From positions 3,414,725 through 3,478,724 of the forward strand of contig NC_090421.1 in NCBI RefSeq assembly GCF_036365525.1: 64,000 nucleotides of DNA, in the 5' to 3' direction. Position 1 is the stretch's first letter; each line of letters starts with the position of its first letter. The position numbers and the translations under genes are program-made. A model generated the notes under the pieces. The model was not told where the DNA came from. It was given only the letters and a program-made list of their open reading frames with translations, and ran no database searches. Shown here one piece after another: positions 13,339-24,647 of this stretch. This DNA is from Heterodontus francisci (Eukaryota).

Positions 13339-13939
13339 CTTTAAAAAGAATATGAATACAATGGTAATAGACTTTAATTTTTGATCTTCTCTCCTCAAGG
13401 CAGTGACTATTGCTGGGTTATGGTTCAATGGTTTCCAGCAGCCCTCTAGTACCTCACACAAGTAGTCATTTTAATGAGCAACTGGGGCCAGAGGAGGAGT
13501 AGATAAAAATGCATCACAGCTATGTCCAATGATGTCCTCCCTCGCCATCTACAGATAGGAGTGGGAGAAGGCTATTCAACCCTTTGATCCTGGTCCACTG
13601 TTCTATTAGATCATAATATTAGATGTAATTGAATAGAACTTCCTGAGTTCCCCAACTCAACCTTTTTCCTGCATTGATGCACTGGGCAAAGGCCACGAGG
13701 GTATATCAGAGAGGGAATTATCCCTGAATTTTTGACTTTCTTGTGACTGTTTTCACAAGGGGCTTGGATCTGGGAGGAGCCCAACCAACAGAAGAGACTG
13801 TGTGGCTTGGGGAGACAAAATTGGGCAGAAAGGGTGAGAATGGCTGAAAAGAAAGAGACTATTGCCTCCACAAAACCAAAACCAAAATTAAACAAAACAG
13901 ACAGTACTAAATGTATATCTTCTTAAAATTAGAACACAC

Positions 13940-14129
13940 CTGATTGAACAAGTCAGTCATTCGATTCAAGTGCCTTTGGCGACTCTGATTAACTAGTTGC
14001 TGTCTTGCATCCCAGTGCTGCATGCTGGACGTTACACGTGCTTCAAGTCTGTTGGCAAATCTGTACAGATCCTGAGCAACCTCTTCATCCTTACTGCTAA
14101 CATCAGACATCCTGATGTTCAAATAATTT
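13940..14129 (-). CDS. FAM186A: FAM186A/B-like, coding exon 5
   Basis: CTTTCTCCTTTAAG|A...AATCAG|GTGTGT, 190 nt, phase 2/0; AQDLYRFANRLE...WDARQ...LNRMTDLF matches the FAM186 C-terminal domain (AQNLYIFLENID...WTDKQ). Confidence 0.85.
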
Positions 14130-15039
14130 CTTAAAGGAGAAAGAAAGACATAAAAAAATGAATAAATGAATCTGCTCCCACACTTTAGGTGCTCCTGTGC
14201 CGCTATTCTCTCTGGTCTGTTCCTAGCCCTCTCCTTGTGCCACAGTTGGGCTGAAAAACAGTGCTTGACTAGATATCCAATTCTTCTTTCTCCCTTCTTC
14301 CTGGCAAAGTGACTGAGACCAAGCATACACTGGGCGAAGAAATCCGGGGGAGGTGCTACCGAAATTATTCTGTAAATCCTTTTCCAGGCTTTCTTCTCTT
14401 TTCTCATCTCCTAAAGACACTAACTCAGAGTGGGCTTTAGTCCCAGGTGTCTCCAGTAAAACCATGGAGAGCACCAGAACTGAAGCCAATCCTGACCTCA
14501 TGCAATGTTCATATACTTAACAATTCCCAGCAAGATCAATGTATAGCAATGGAAACAAGAATCCTTACTAATTGTTCTCTTCCCTAGCCTAGAGATGTGA
14601 GGACCACTGTAGCACACCAGGAGCTGCCCTGGCTGAAATCAGCTGACTCTGCACATACTGGGAATAAAACATGGGAGCTTCCTGGTCTGTATGGCTTAGT
14701 ATGACACATGACAGTACTTCAGAACACATGAATATAAGAAAACTTAAAGAGGAGGCCCATCGAAGTTCACCTGTTTCATTCACTATCTTAATGTGAACTC
14801 AATTTTGATGTTCTTTCTTTTTGTTCTATTATCCTGCCTGGTACTCACTAAGAGACTGGACGAGCTTGTATTTTTTTAAAGAAAAATATGGCATGGGTGC
14901 AGTAGATAGCGAAGATCACCAGACTATCAAGTACACCGTGAGTCTGTCATATAGAGCTAGCAAAGTAATTTAATACTGAGTTTATGTTAGATCCTTTCTC
15001 TGCTACAGCAATGAAGCTTATTGCTTAAATCTATTACCA

Positions 15040-15320
15040 CTACTCCAGTGGTTCAGTGAGTAAATACAATATGGTTCTGAGCCATACAGACTAGTAAAGT
15101 CCCATGTTTGATTCCTAATCTGTGCTCAGTTAGTTGATGTCAGATAGGGCAATAGTAGGGCTACAACAAGCGGCATCAGCATCCTTGGACTCAGAAGGGG
15201 AAAAAAACCAATTTGGAACGTTGCTCCTGATCACTATACGAAGATATGTGGATGTTGGGTAAGAACAGAATTTGGTTTGGCCATAATTCATAGTCAAATA
15301 GCCTGCTGACAGTCAAGACC
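15040..15320 (+). mobile_element. Ancient tRNA-derived SINE (AmnSINE2-like)
   Basis: GAGCCATACAGAC..GTTTGATTCC..CTGTGCTCAGTTAG..GGGGAAAAAA..GCTCCTGATCAC; a second, reverse copy lies at ~51030-51215. Confidence 0.45.
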
Positions 15321-15524
15321 AGATTTTCCAATTGGTGCCAACTTAATGCCAGCAGTAATCCATTTATTACTGCCACGTCCATTTGAAGATCTAAATATCA
15401 TTGTTTAAGCTCACATGAAGAATAGCAACAGATGAAGATCTGGAAATTTGCTGGAGCTGCACCCAAGTGTAAGTCACTTTCTTCAGGAGAGGGAGAAAAT
15501 TAGCATTCCATTTCTAAGAACACA

Positions 15525-15880
15525 CTTTATCTTGTCTCTCAGCAACATCCCAAAGCACTTCATACAAAATGGATTGCAATAATTGCTGTTATGTGGCTAA
15601 ACAGAGGAGCCATTTTGCATACAGCAAAGTCCCACACGCGGCAATGTGATGAATGACCAGTTAACCTGTTTTTTTACTGTTATTGGTTGAGGGAGGAATG
15701 TTGACCAGGAAACGCCCTTCTTTACATCAAACAGTGCCATGCAGTCCTTATCATCCTTGGTTTAACCATTTATCTGATGGATGGCACCTCTGACAGAGCA
15801 GAACTCACTCTCTCAATACTGCAGTGGGGCTCGATCCCACAATCTTCTGACTCAGAGACTCCTAATTAAGCTGAGCTGAC
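15525..15880 (-). mobile_element. Deu-domain SINE (SacSINE1-like), degraded
   Basis: Reverse-complement similarity to the 49930-50370 copy. Confidence 0.6.
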
Positions 15881-16062
15881 GCTCACATGGGAAACTTGGC
15901 AATTTTCTGACTGATTTCAAATATTCAAAATCAGTATTTATACTGATATTTATTGTGCATTTGTGCCCATTTAACCCAACAAGAATTTTTAGCGAAAGGT
16001 ACAATAATCTGGCCAGGTTGGCATCAGCCACTCTTTTAAAAAAAAAACAGATATTCATCTAC

Positions 16063-17989
16063 CTAAGGGTTTGGATATGACGGAAGGTAATGTACTTTCT
16101 GAACAGGTAAGCCAGTCGAAGCTGAACTGTCGTTAAGGTTTGATGAATAAGGTGTGTTGCTATGGCATGGAGTCGTCTGGAAATGATACCATTATACACG
16201 GCTTGGTCCAAAGTTTTATAATTTGTTCTTAGGTATGTCACATTTACAATATATGACCCATCAACAATTTTTTCAGCATTAGCAGCCTGGAAGACCTTTC
16301 CCCTGGGTTGTATTGTTCCTGCTATTGTCTCTGTTACCATATTGGGCAGAGGAATGCCTTCCTTCTTACAATGCTCTGCCTGTAGTTTCATTTCCTTTCC
16401 TTTAAGCCCAAAGACACTGTTGATAGAGTATAGATTCTTGGTTGCCTCTCGAATCCTGATTAACTGATCCATTCCAGCCCGAGAGGACATTTTCTCAAGC
16501 GTCATAATTGTGTCTAACGCTTCCAGGGTATTTTCATGGAAGCAGGTTTCTTGCTGGGACATGCTTTTGTCCTGTTCGACCTCTTCAATGAAATACTGAA
16601 TTTGGGCACTTAATTCATCAAGTGCAACCTCTTGAATAATACTGAATCTGGAAATTTCTTCAAGAAGATCAGCAAAAGTCATAAATTCAGGTTGTTTCTC
16701 CTTCAATTTCTCCACTAAGCTTTCCTTTGATGGCTTTAATACTTGGATAGGTTGCTCACTAACCTCTTGTGTGAAGTTCTGCATTGGCTTGGCAAAGATT
16801 TCTTTGATTGTTTTCTCAATCACTCCATAAAGATTTTTTAATTCAGTAGACTTGAGAAGAGCTTGGACCTTACAGATGTCATCAGGCGAAAGTTCTTTTC
16901 CGCTGCTCAGTCCGTGATCCAGTGAATACAAAACAGCAGTCTGAAAATCTGTGAGCAAGTCCACAGCCATCTGCTTAGCCGTGGTCTTTAAAGTTTCTTC
17001 TTTCCAAGCTGATGCCCTCCGTTTCTTTCCTGCATTGCGGTTAGATTTATGCATTTTATTCTTCACTGCTTCAGTAAGAACTATCTCCAATTTGGGCTGA
17101 GTTGTGGGAGTGATCCTTCCATTAGACACTTCTGTGGGAATATTTTCTCCTTCAGGTTTTCTAAAGGGAATGTTTTCTTCCTTGGATACTTCTAGGATAG
17201 TCCTTTGTTCCTCAGGTTCTCCAAAGGGAATATTTACTTCCTTGGATTTTACAAGGACAGTCCTTTGTTTGTCAGGGCTATCATGCCCATCAACAAGAAT
17301 ATTTTTGTGCTCCTGACTGAGGAGATATTGCCCCCTGCGATTTTCTACAGGAATGATTTTGTCCTTTGATTTTTTCACAAGCGCTATACTTTCATTTATT
17401 TTGGGCGCCTGCTTTGTTTTTACTTGCAGATCATTAGATAGAGAGAAATTTTCAGAAGTGATTTTCTCGTGAGGGAGTGTTTTGCTAACGTTTTGTAGCT
17501 GCTCAGCTTTGGACCTCAAAAGTTTAATGGTGTTTTCCAAATTGTAGTTCGCGTTACATGCTTCCCTGTAATTACGTTCCGCTAATTCAGCTCGCGTTTT
17601 AAGTGCACTGCTATGTTGTCGAAGATGTTTTAGCTCATTCACCAGATTACCTTCAGCACCCTGGGAGCCAAGTGAGTCTGACTTTCTCAATTCATTTTCC
17701 ACCTCAAAATATTCCTGTGACCGAATGTGAAATGCCTTGTGAAGATTCGCTATGAATTTCCTGATGTATCTGAAGGCAATTGTCTGGGCTTTCTTGCAAG
17801 GAGGAGATTTTGTGATGTCTGTTAGTATCATATCAATCTCTCCCACTGCTGCGTCCAACTGTTTCGCAATGTTCGGTTCCACCATTTTCACTGTACTCAT
17901 TGGCTGCATATCCAGAAGATGCATGAGTGTTTTGGGATCCATCTTTTTCTCCCTCCACCATTTCAAAATGGTATCTTGACCACCAGGTT
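16063..17989 (-). CDS. FAM186A: FAM186A/B-like, large coding exon 4
   Basis: 1927-nt open exon, ATTCTTTGCAG|AA...CTTAG|GTAGAT, phase 1/2. AFRYIRKFIANLHKAF resembles FAM186 AIRYMATVVENLNKAL; RLAYLFRKYITFRHIQTLR resembles RLQYLCHKYIFYRRLQSLR. Confidence 0.9.
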
Positions 17990-18171
17990 CTGCAAAGAAT
18001 CACAGTGTAAGACCAATCATTGCGTACTTTATTATGTATTATGCTCCAAAACGTTTTGACAGTGTTTAAGGTGCTATGTCAATACAAGTCTTTTTCTTTC
18101 AATCAAAATTAAATATTGTGTAATTTCATGTGTACTCTGATTTTAACATTGTACAATACAACTCTCTAAAT

Positions 18172-18810
18172 GTCAGCTTGGCTCAGTGGTAGCACTCTCG
18201 CTTCAGTTGGATGATCATGGGTTCAAGCTCCATTTCAGGACTTGAGCAATCTAACAAGAAATGCTGGAACCACTCAGCAGGTCTGGCAGCATCTGTGGAA
18301 AGAGAAGCAGAGTTAACGTTTCGGGTCAGCGACCCTTCTTCGGAACCGCTGACCCGAAACGTTAACTCTGCTTCTCTTTCCACAGATGCTGCCAGACCTG
18401 CTGAGTGATTCCAGCATTTCTTGTTTGTATTTCAGATTTCCAGCATCCGCAGTATTTTGCTTTTACTTGAGCAATCTAATCTAGGCTGAAGTAGCAGGTC
18501 AGTACTGAGGGACTGCTGCATTGTTGAGAGCGCTATCTTTCAGGTGAAACATTACACTGAGGCCCCACCTCTCCATTCAGGTGGATGTAAAAGATTTCAT
18601 GACATTATTTGAAGTCAGAGCAAGGGAATTAATTTCTTCTGGTATCCAAGCTAACATTTGTCCCTCAACCAAACAGATTAGCTGGTCATTTATCTCATTG
18701 CAGTTTGTCTACAAATTCGTGCCACGTTCAACTATAAAAAAGTGACACTTCAGAAATAAATAATTGGCTTTGGGACATCATGAGGACGTGAAAGGCACTA
18801 TATGAATGCA
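18172..18810 (+). mobile_element. Deu-domain tRNA SINE (SacSINE1-like), interrupted by a Penelope-like fold-back
   Basis: Head GGCTCAGTGGTAGCACTCTCGC..GGGTTCAAG, Deu-like CCCTCAACCAAACAGATTAGCTGGTCATT, tail GAAAGGCACTATATGAATGCAA. Confidence 0.7.
18253..18464. mobile_element. Penelope-like fold-back insertion (79-bp inverted arms)
   Basis: 18253-18331 is the reverse complement of 18347-18425 with one mismatch; flanked by ACTTGAGCAATCTAA (18240-18254 / 18465-18479). Confidence 0.8.
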
Positions 18811-19924
18811 ATGAGGTACAGAAAGGTAGTGGTTATGCTACTGGACTGGTAATCCAGGAGCCTGGAGTAATAATCCAGAGAATATGAGTTTAAATTTCAT
18901 CATGGCAGGTTGAGAATTTGAATTCAGCATTTAAATAAAAATATTTGAAACTTATTCTGTCCATTAATGTGTGGTAATTTGGTATGTTAACATGACTGGA
19001 GTATTATCCCATTTGCGACCATGTTCCTTGGGGAGCAATTTGGTTTAACAGATTCTGGAATAGCATTTTAAGGGCACCAATTAAAAATGCAAATTTGCTC
19101 ATGCTTGCCTTCCAGCCAGCATCACGTTAATAAAAGGTCATCAGCCTGAAACATTAACTCTGTTTCTCTTTCCACAGATGCTTCCTCACCTGCTGAGTTT
19201 TACCAACATTTTCTGCTTTTATATCAAGTTAATGAAGCTTACAGGTTACAGTAGGGCAGAGAATCAGCAGCATTCCAACCACACCCAAATCCATGGAAGC
19301 ACTTTGGATGTGGTATGTCCATGTTATCGACTGTCACACTGCAAGTTTATCCCATCAAAACTGAACAGTGATCAACCCACCTCCATAAAAATAAGTCAAT
19401 ATATCATTATAAGGTTTAACAATCAGTCCAGTAATAATTTATCATATTATGTTTGTATAAGGTCAATTTTAGATCAATCAGAACTGTAAAAGATATTTGT
19501 CAATGTTAAAGTACACATTGCAGTTTACCACAGGACTTGGTTCTCCTTAGGCTAAGTAAAAGAATAGCCATTTTCACCAGCTTTTAAACATGATTTAAAA
19601 CAATATAAGAACAGCTCTTTTACGCAAAAATGTAGTTGACCATTACAATCCTTTCACATTAATTCTCCTCACCGTCATCAACAAAATTAGTGAACTGAAG
19701 GACAAAGAAGAAGGAAGTGACTTCTAATAGTCACTAGACATTATCATATTTCTATTGTTTTACCATCAGCACTACTGTCCAGTGACCATTTCATGCCCAG
19801 AATCCCTCCTTATTACTCACTGTAGTGAACTGACCCAATATCTATAAGCATTACCTTCGAGCATTAGGGCAATCAGTCAACTTTTTAACGATCCAAGCCA
19901 TTTGCCATAGTCTTGTGAATATAA

Positions 19925-20590
19925 AAAAAATGAGTTGGTTCAGTCATTCTTGTGTCATGCTTGAGCAGAGACTATTTTTTAAAAGCATCTCAGGACATTG
20001 AACAAGCATTCATTAACTGCATTTGTTGCCAGCATCAATGGGATCAACCGTATCAAAATCTTAAAACTTGAGAAAGGTTTTGTTCAGTATTATGCAAATT
20101 CTTCATGAAATCAGTCATGTATCTGAGTTTAGTTTCTTCATCATTTTCAGCAAGCTTAACAAGGGCTTGTAGTTGAGGCTTCATTGTCATCAGAATGCAT
20201 GTCATGGTTTCCTGAACTCCTCTTCACATTTTTCATCTTGTACAATCTTAAAAGTCATTTGTTATTGTTTAGTGTCAATCTGATATTTAGCCTGTTCTAA
20301 ACATCCTTCACTGGGATACCCTTGAGGCAAACGGTCTTCAACTGAATTAAGGTACTCTGCAGAAGATGCTTCCTGGCCCTGTTTTCATTTTGTTTTCTGG
20401 TGAGTTGAGGTTTGCTCTTGTCCATGTACACATCTGTGGCTGTTTGCTGCATTGACTCCACAATCTCTAGGCAATGAATTCTTAAAGTTACATCCTTGCT
20501 AAGTTCTCGGTTTCTGACATACAGGTGTCTGGAGATTGAAGTGCTTTGTTGAGATTGACAGTGACAACCTTTTAGTGTGCCCAGGGCAAC
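19925..20590 (-). pseudogene. Degraded hAT-family transposase fossil
   Basis: Manual minus-strand translation gives LIPLMLATNAVNECLFNVLRCF.K..LCSSMTQE.LNQL, matching the hAT dimerisation motif (PATNA.SERSFS.L...K..LRS.M.Q.RLN.L), with NLNKALQSPD upstream; many stops and frameshifts. Confidence 0.6.
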
Positions 20591-20819
20591 TTCAAACAGG
20601 AATTCTCATATACATGTGGGGGAAAAAAACTTCTAAGATCATAATTTGGTGTCCCAATATGCTCTTTCTCTTTCCCCCCCCATCTTATAATTGTGTTGAA
20701 ATCAACGTTCACCACATCATCTCCAACTCATTATTTCCCTGTATCTCAAAACTGTGGATGTCTCCTGTCAATTTGGGCACTGGGACATGTGGCAAAATCA
20801 AATACTTTTCTAAATTTAC

Positions 20820-21014
20820 CTGGTGATTTTGGCTTTAAACGCTCATGTTGAAGACTAAACAGAGTGTCAGATAGTTTATAGAGATTGTCTATACACTCTT
20901 GTGAAGAAGCCAGGCTTGTTTGCACTTTAACATTAACTTCCTCAATCCATTCAGCAGACCTTTTTTCAACTTCTCCATCCTCCTCGACATCGTATTCATC
21001 GATTAGTATTTGAT
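20820..21014 (-). CDS. FAM186A: FAM186A/B-like, coding exon 3
   Basis: TATTTTGTAG|AT...CCAG|GTAAAT, 195 nt, phase 1/1; EWIEEVNVKVQTSLASSQECIDNLYKLSDTL resembles FAM186B EWIEVTEKVLPLSLIATKRGIESLTALCSTL. Confidence 0.88.
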
Positions 21015-21230
21015 CTACAAAATACATGGATAACAGAAAATTACATTTGTAAATTACATTGAAATAGCCTGTGTGGCCTTACATAAAGCTGCTCCTGTTT
21101 TAGAAGCACATATTACTCATTGCACCTTTTTTGCTAATCAAGGTAAATACATTAGTGCTAGTAAGTGAAACACTTTCCATTTTGAGCACAGAGCATTGTC
21201 AGCATTGAACAAGTCAGGAATAACATAGTT

Positions 21231-21420
21231 TGATAGAGAGTGAAGCTCCCTGTACACTGTCCCATCAAACACTCCCAGGCCAGGTACAGCACGGATTAGA
21301 TACAGAGTAAAGCTCCCTCTACACTGTCCATTCAAACACTCCCAGGGCAGGTACAGCACGGATTAGATACAGAGTAAAGCTCCCTCTACACTGTCCCATC
21401 AAACACTCCCAGGGCAGGTA
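21231..21420 (+). repeat. ~67-bp tandem repeat, left block (~2.8 units)
   Basis: Unit GATTAGATACAGAGTAAAGCTCCCTCTACACTGTCCCATCAAACACTCCCAGGGCAGGTACAGCACG; unit starts at 21294 and 21361. Confidence 0.95.
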
Positions 21421-22958
21421 CGCACCTCCTCTATCTGGGAGTCCTCCTTAGCCCCGCTGAGGAAGCCTGGCCAACAAACTGGCAGGTGTTGGAGGCAAAA
21501 GTCACCACTCAGCTGGGGCGCTGGACAGGACTGCTTTCCTACAGGGGCCGAGTGCTGGTCGTAAACGAACTGGTGACCTCAATGCTGTGGTCATTTTGGC
21601 CCCACCCCCTGCATTTTCCGCCAAGATCCAGAAGAAGCATGTCGATTTCTTCTGGGGCAAGAGGAAACACTGGGTCTCTGCAGCGGTCCTGAGTCTCCCG
21701 ATCGAGGAGGGCAGCCAGTCGCTAGTGTGCGTCCACGCCCAAACTGTGACTCTCTGCCTTCGGACCCTGCACAGATACCTGTACATTGAGAGTCCTCCCA
21801 GATGGTGTGCGCTAGCTACATATTTGTTCCGCCGGGGCACTGCCTTCAAGACGACACGCAGCTCCCGGCGGAGAATGTTAGCCGCGCCTCTCTGAGGGAG
21901 TTGCCTGTCCGTTACCGGAGTCTAGAACATGGTCGCCTCTAGTCAGGGCACTCCCCCGCTGGCGGAGGAGAGCGCCTCAGCTGTCCGGGCAGCTGGCTCT
22001 GGGGACAAACCGACGGGCAGAGGAGTAGCCAAACCCCCCGGGACGCCCCTCACTGCGGGTGACGAAGGGGCTAACCGAGCTGACCCCCGCTCGGATGGAA
22101 CTGCTCATCGGACCCAGGCCCCGAAACCCTCCTTGGGAGCCGGTCCCGCACAACCCAAGCCGCCTCTCGCAAATGCCTTCCATGCAATTCCACACGGCGT
22201 GAAGGGGTTTCCTGTACAGGCTGCTCCTACACACTCTTCACTTTCTCGCCCTCGTCTGCCGCCCGGACACGCCGTGGCGGTTCGTGTTGACATCTGGTGG
22301 CGAGGGGAAACCCTGGTGGAGGTCTCTGTACGTGGGAGTCCTCCCCCTTTACATCTGAGACCTGGGATGGAGGGTGCTGCACAGGGCAGTCCTGTGCAAT
22401 AGACTGTTAAGTAGGTTCACGGACTCCCAGGCCGCCTGTAATTTCTGCGGCTTGGGCGAGTCCGTGTTCCATGTTTATATGGAGTGTGCGAGGTTGCTTT
22501 GAGTATTTAAAGGGGCTGCTCAAGTTTTCGCTGCACTTCAGCCCCACACTCCTGATCCTTGAGCACCCGGTCGGAGGAGGGTGGGCCGGGAGGAGGATCT
22601 CCTCGTTGGTCTGCTTCTGGGCCTGGCCAAGGTGGCAGTTCACAGGTCCAGACTGTGGGCCATCGGGGGGTCCATCCGCCCTGATTGCCTGCCCCTCTTC
22701 TGAGGTCACATTCGCGGGTGTCCCTGGAGAAGGAGCATGCGGTGTCCGCTTGAGGCCTTCTGTGATTGGTGGGCACCACAGGGTCTGGAGTGCATCATCA
22801 ATGCCGAGAATGGCATTTTAATTTGAGTTTTGTTTCATTAATTCACTTTTAATAAAATTATTTATTTAAAATATATATAAAGGGGGCCTGGGGAATAAAG
22901 GCCCCCTCGACAAATAATATATAAAAGGGGCCTGGGGTATAAAGGCTTCCAAAAAAAA
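21421..22958 (+). mobile_element. Tx1-clade LINE, 5'-truncated copy
   Basis: Homologous to 28961-30490; zinc-binding C-terminus (CNFCGLGESVFHVYMEC), 3' hairpin and poly(A). Confidence 0.9.
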
Positions 22959-23134
22959 CCTCCCTCTACACTGTCCCCATCAAACACTCCCAGGACAGGA
23001 ACAGCACTGGGGTTAGATACAGAGTAAAGCTCCCTCTACAAAAAAAAAGAAAATAAAATGGGATTAGATACAGAGTAAAGCTCCCTCTACACTGTCCCCA
23101 TCAAACACTCCCAGGACAGATACAGCACAGGGTT
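22959..23134 (+). repeat. ~67-bp tandem repeat, middle block with an A-rich insert at 23041-23058
   Basis: Same unit as 21231-21420. Confidence 0.92.
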
Positions 23135-23140
23135 GGCTGC

Positions 23141-23610
<470 letters not shown>

Positions 23611-24206
23611 CAGGGTTGGCTGCTGGCTAAGTGGAGTGTTGACTGCTGATTGCAGCAACGAGCCTCAGCTGAGAGTGCTGGTGGCAGTTGGAGGTTGCAG
23701 AGGTGGAGAGAGGAGCTACACTGAGCAAGGGAGAGCAGTTACAAACAAGCAGAGGAAAACTCCAACAACAATCGCCTTTAAAAGAGAAGAAAGCGACATT
23801 CTTTTTTTGTTGGAAACAAGGCTTTGTCTGGAGGTGGGTGCTGAACACCAGTAATTTACTTTGGACAGTTGGGGGAGGAACAACAAGGGGTGGGGCTGCC
23901 AATTCAACAGGAATCTGTGCTGCTGCAAAAGCACACAGGGAAGCTCCCTCCCCACCCCAATTGCCAAGCCTGGGTCAGCTGAAGCTGCCCAGCTAAACAG
24001 ACGGAAGGGGATAGATAGTGCCTGGGCAGCTTCAGCTGACCCAGGTGAAGACGACTCCCCCAACCAGAAGACCGGAAGACCAAGTTCAAAGACTGTTTTA
24101 AGTGTACTGTGAGCACCACCTCCAGAAAGCAAGTCATCCCTTTCAGCCTGCCTTTGCCTCTCCTCTATTACCTCAGCCTCTCCACTAACCTGTTGTTTGT
24201 TTGCTT

Positions 24207-24556
24207 GTTTAGTTTAGAGATACAGCACTGAAACAGGCCCTTCGGCCCACCGAGTCTGTGCCGACCATCAGCCACCCATTTATACTAATCCTACACTAAT
24301 CCCATATTCCTACCACATCCCCACCTGTCCCTATATATTTCCCTACCACCTACCTATACTAGGGGCAATTTATAATGGCCAATTAACCTATCAACCTGCA
24401 AGTCTTTGGCATGTGGGAGGAAACCGGAGCACCCGGAGGAAACCCACGCAGACACAGGGAGAACTTGCAAACTCCGCACAGGCAGTACCCAGAATCGAAC
24501 CCGGGTCCCTGGAGCTGTGAGGCTGCGGTGCTAACCACTGCGCCACTGTGCCGCCC
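24207..24556 (-). mobile_element. HE1-type V-SINE inside the Tx1 5'UTR
   Basis: Near-identical to 10059-10412; (TAAAC)n tail. Confidence 0.9.
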
Positions 24557-24647
24557 ATATGTCTTTAATACATATTCAATTTTTTCTGTGAATCTCTGAT
24601 ATTTGGTGTGCGAGCCCACAATTTGGGGTGGGTTTAGCTCTTAGACC

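Noticed and set aside
13907-14407. 166-aa ORF as a stand-alone gene
   Set aside because: Only 13940-14129 is exon; the rest is open intronic frame running through a polypyrimidine tract.
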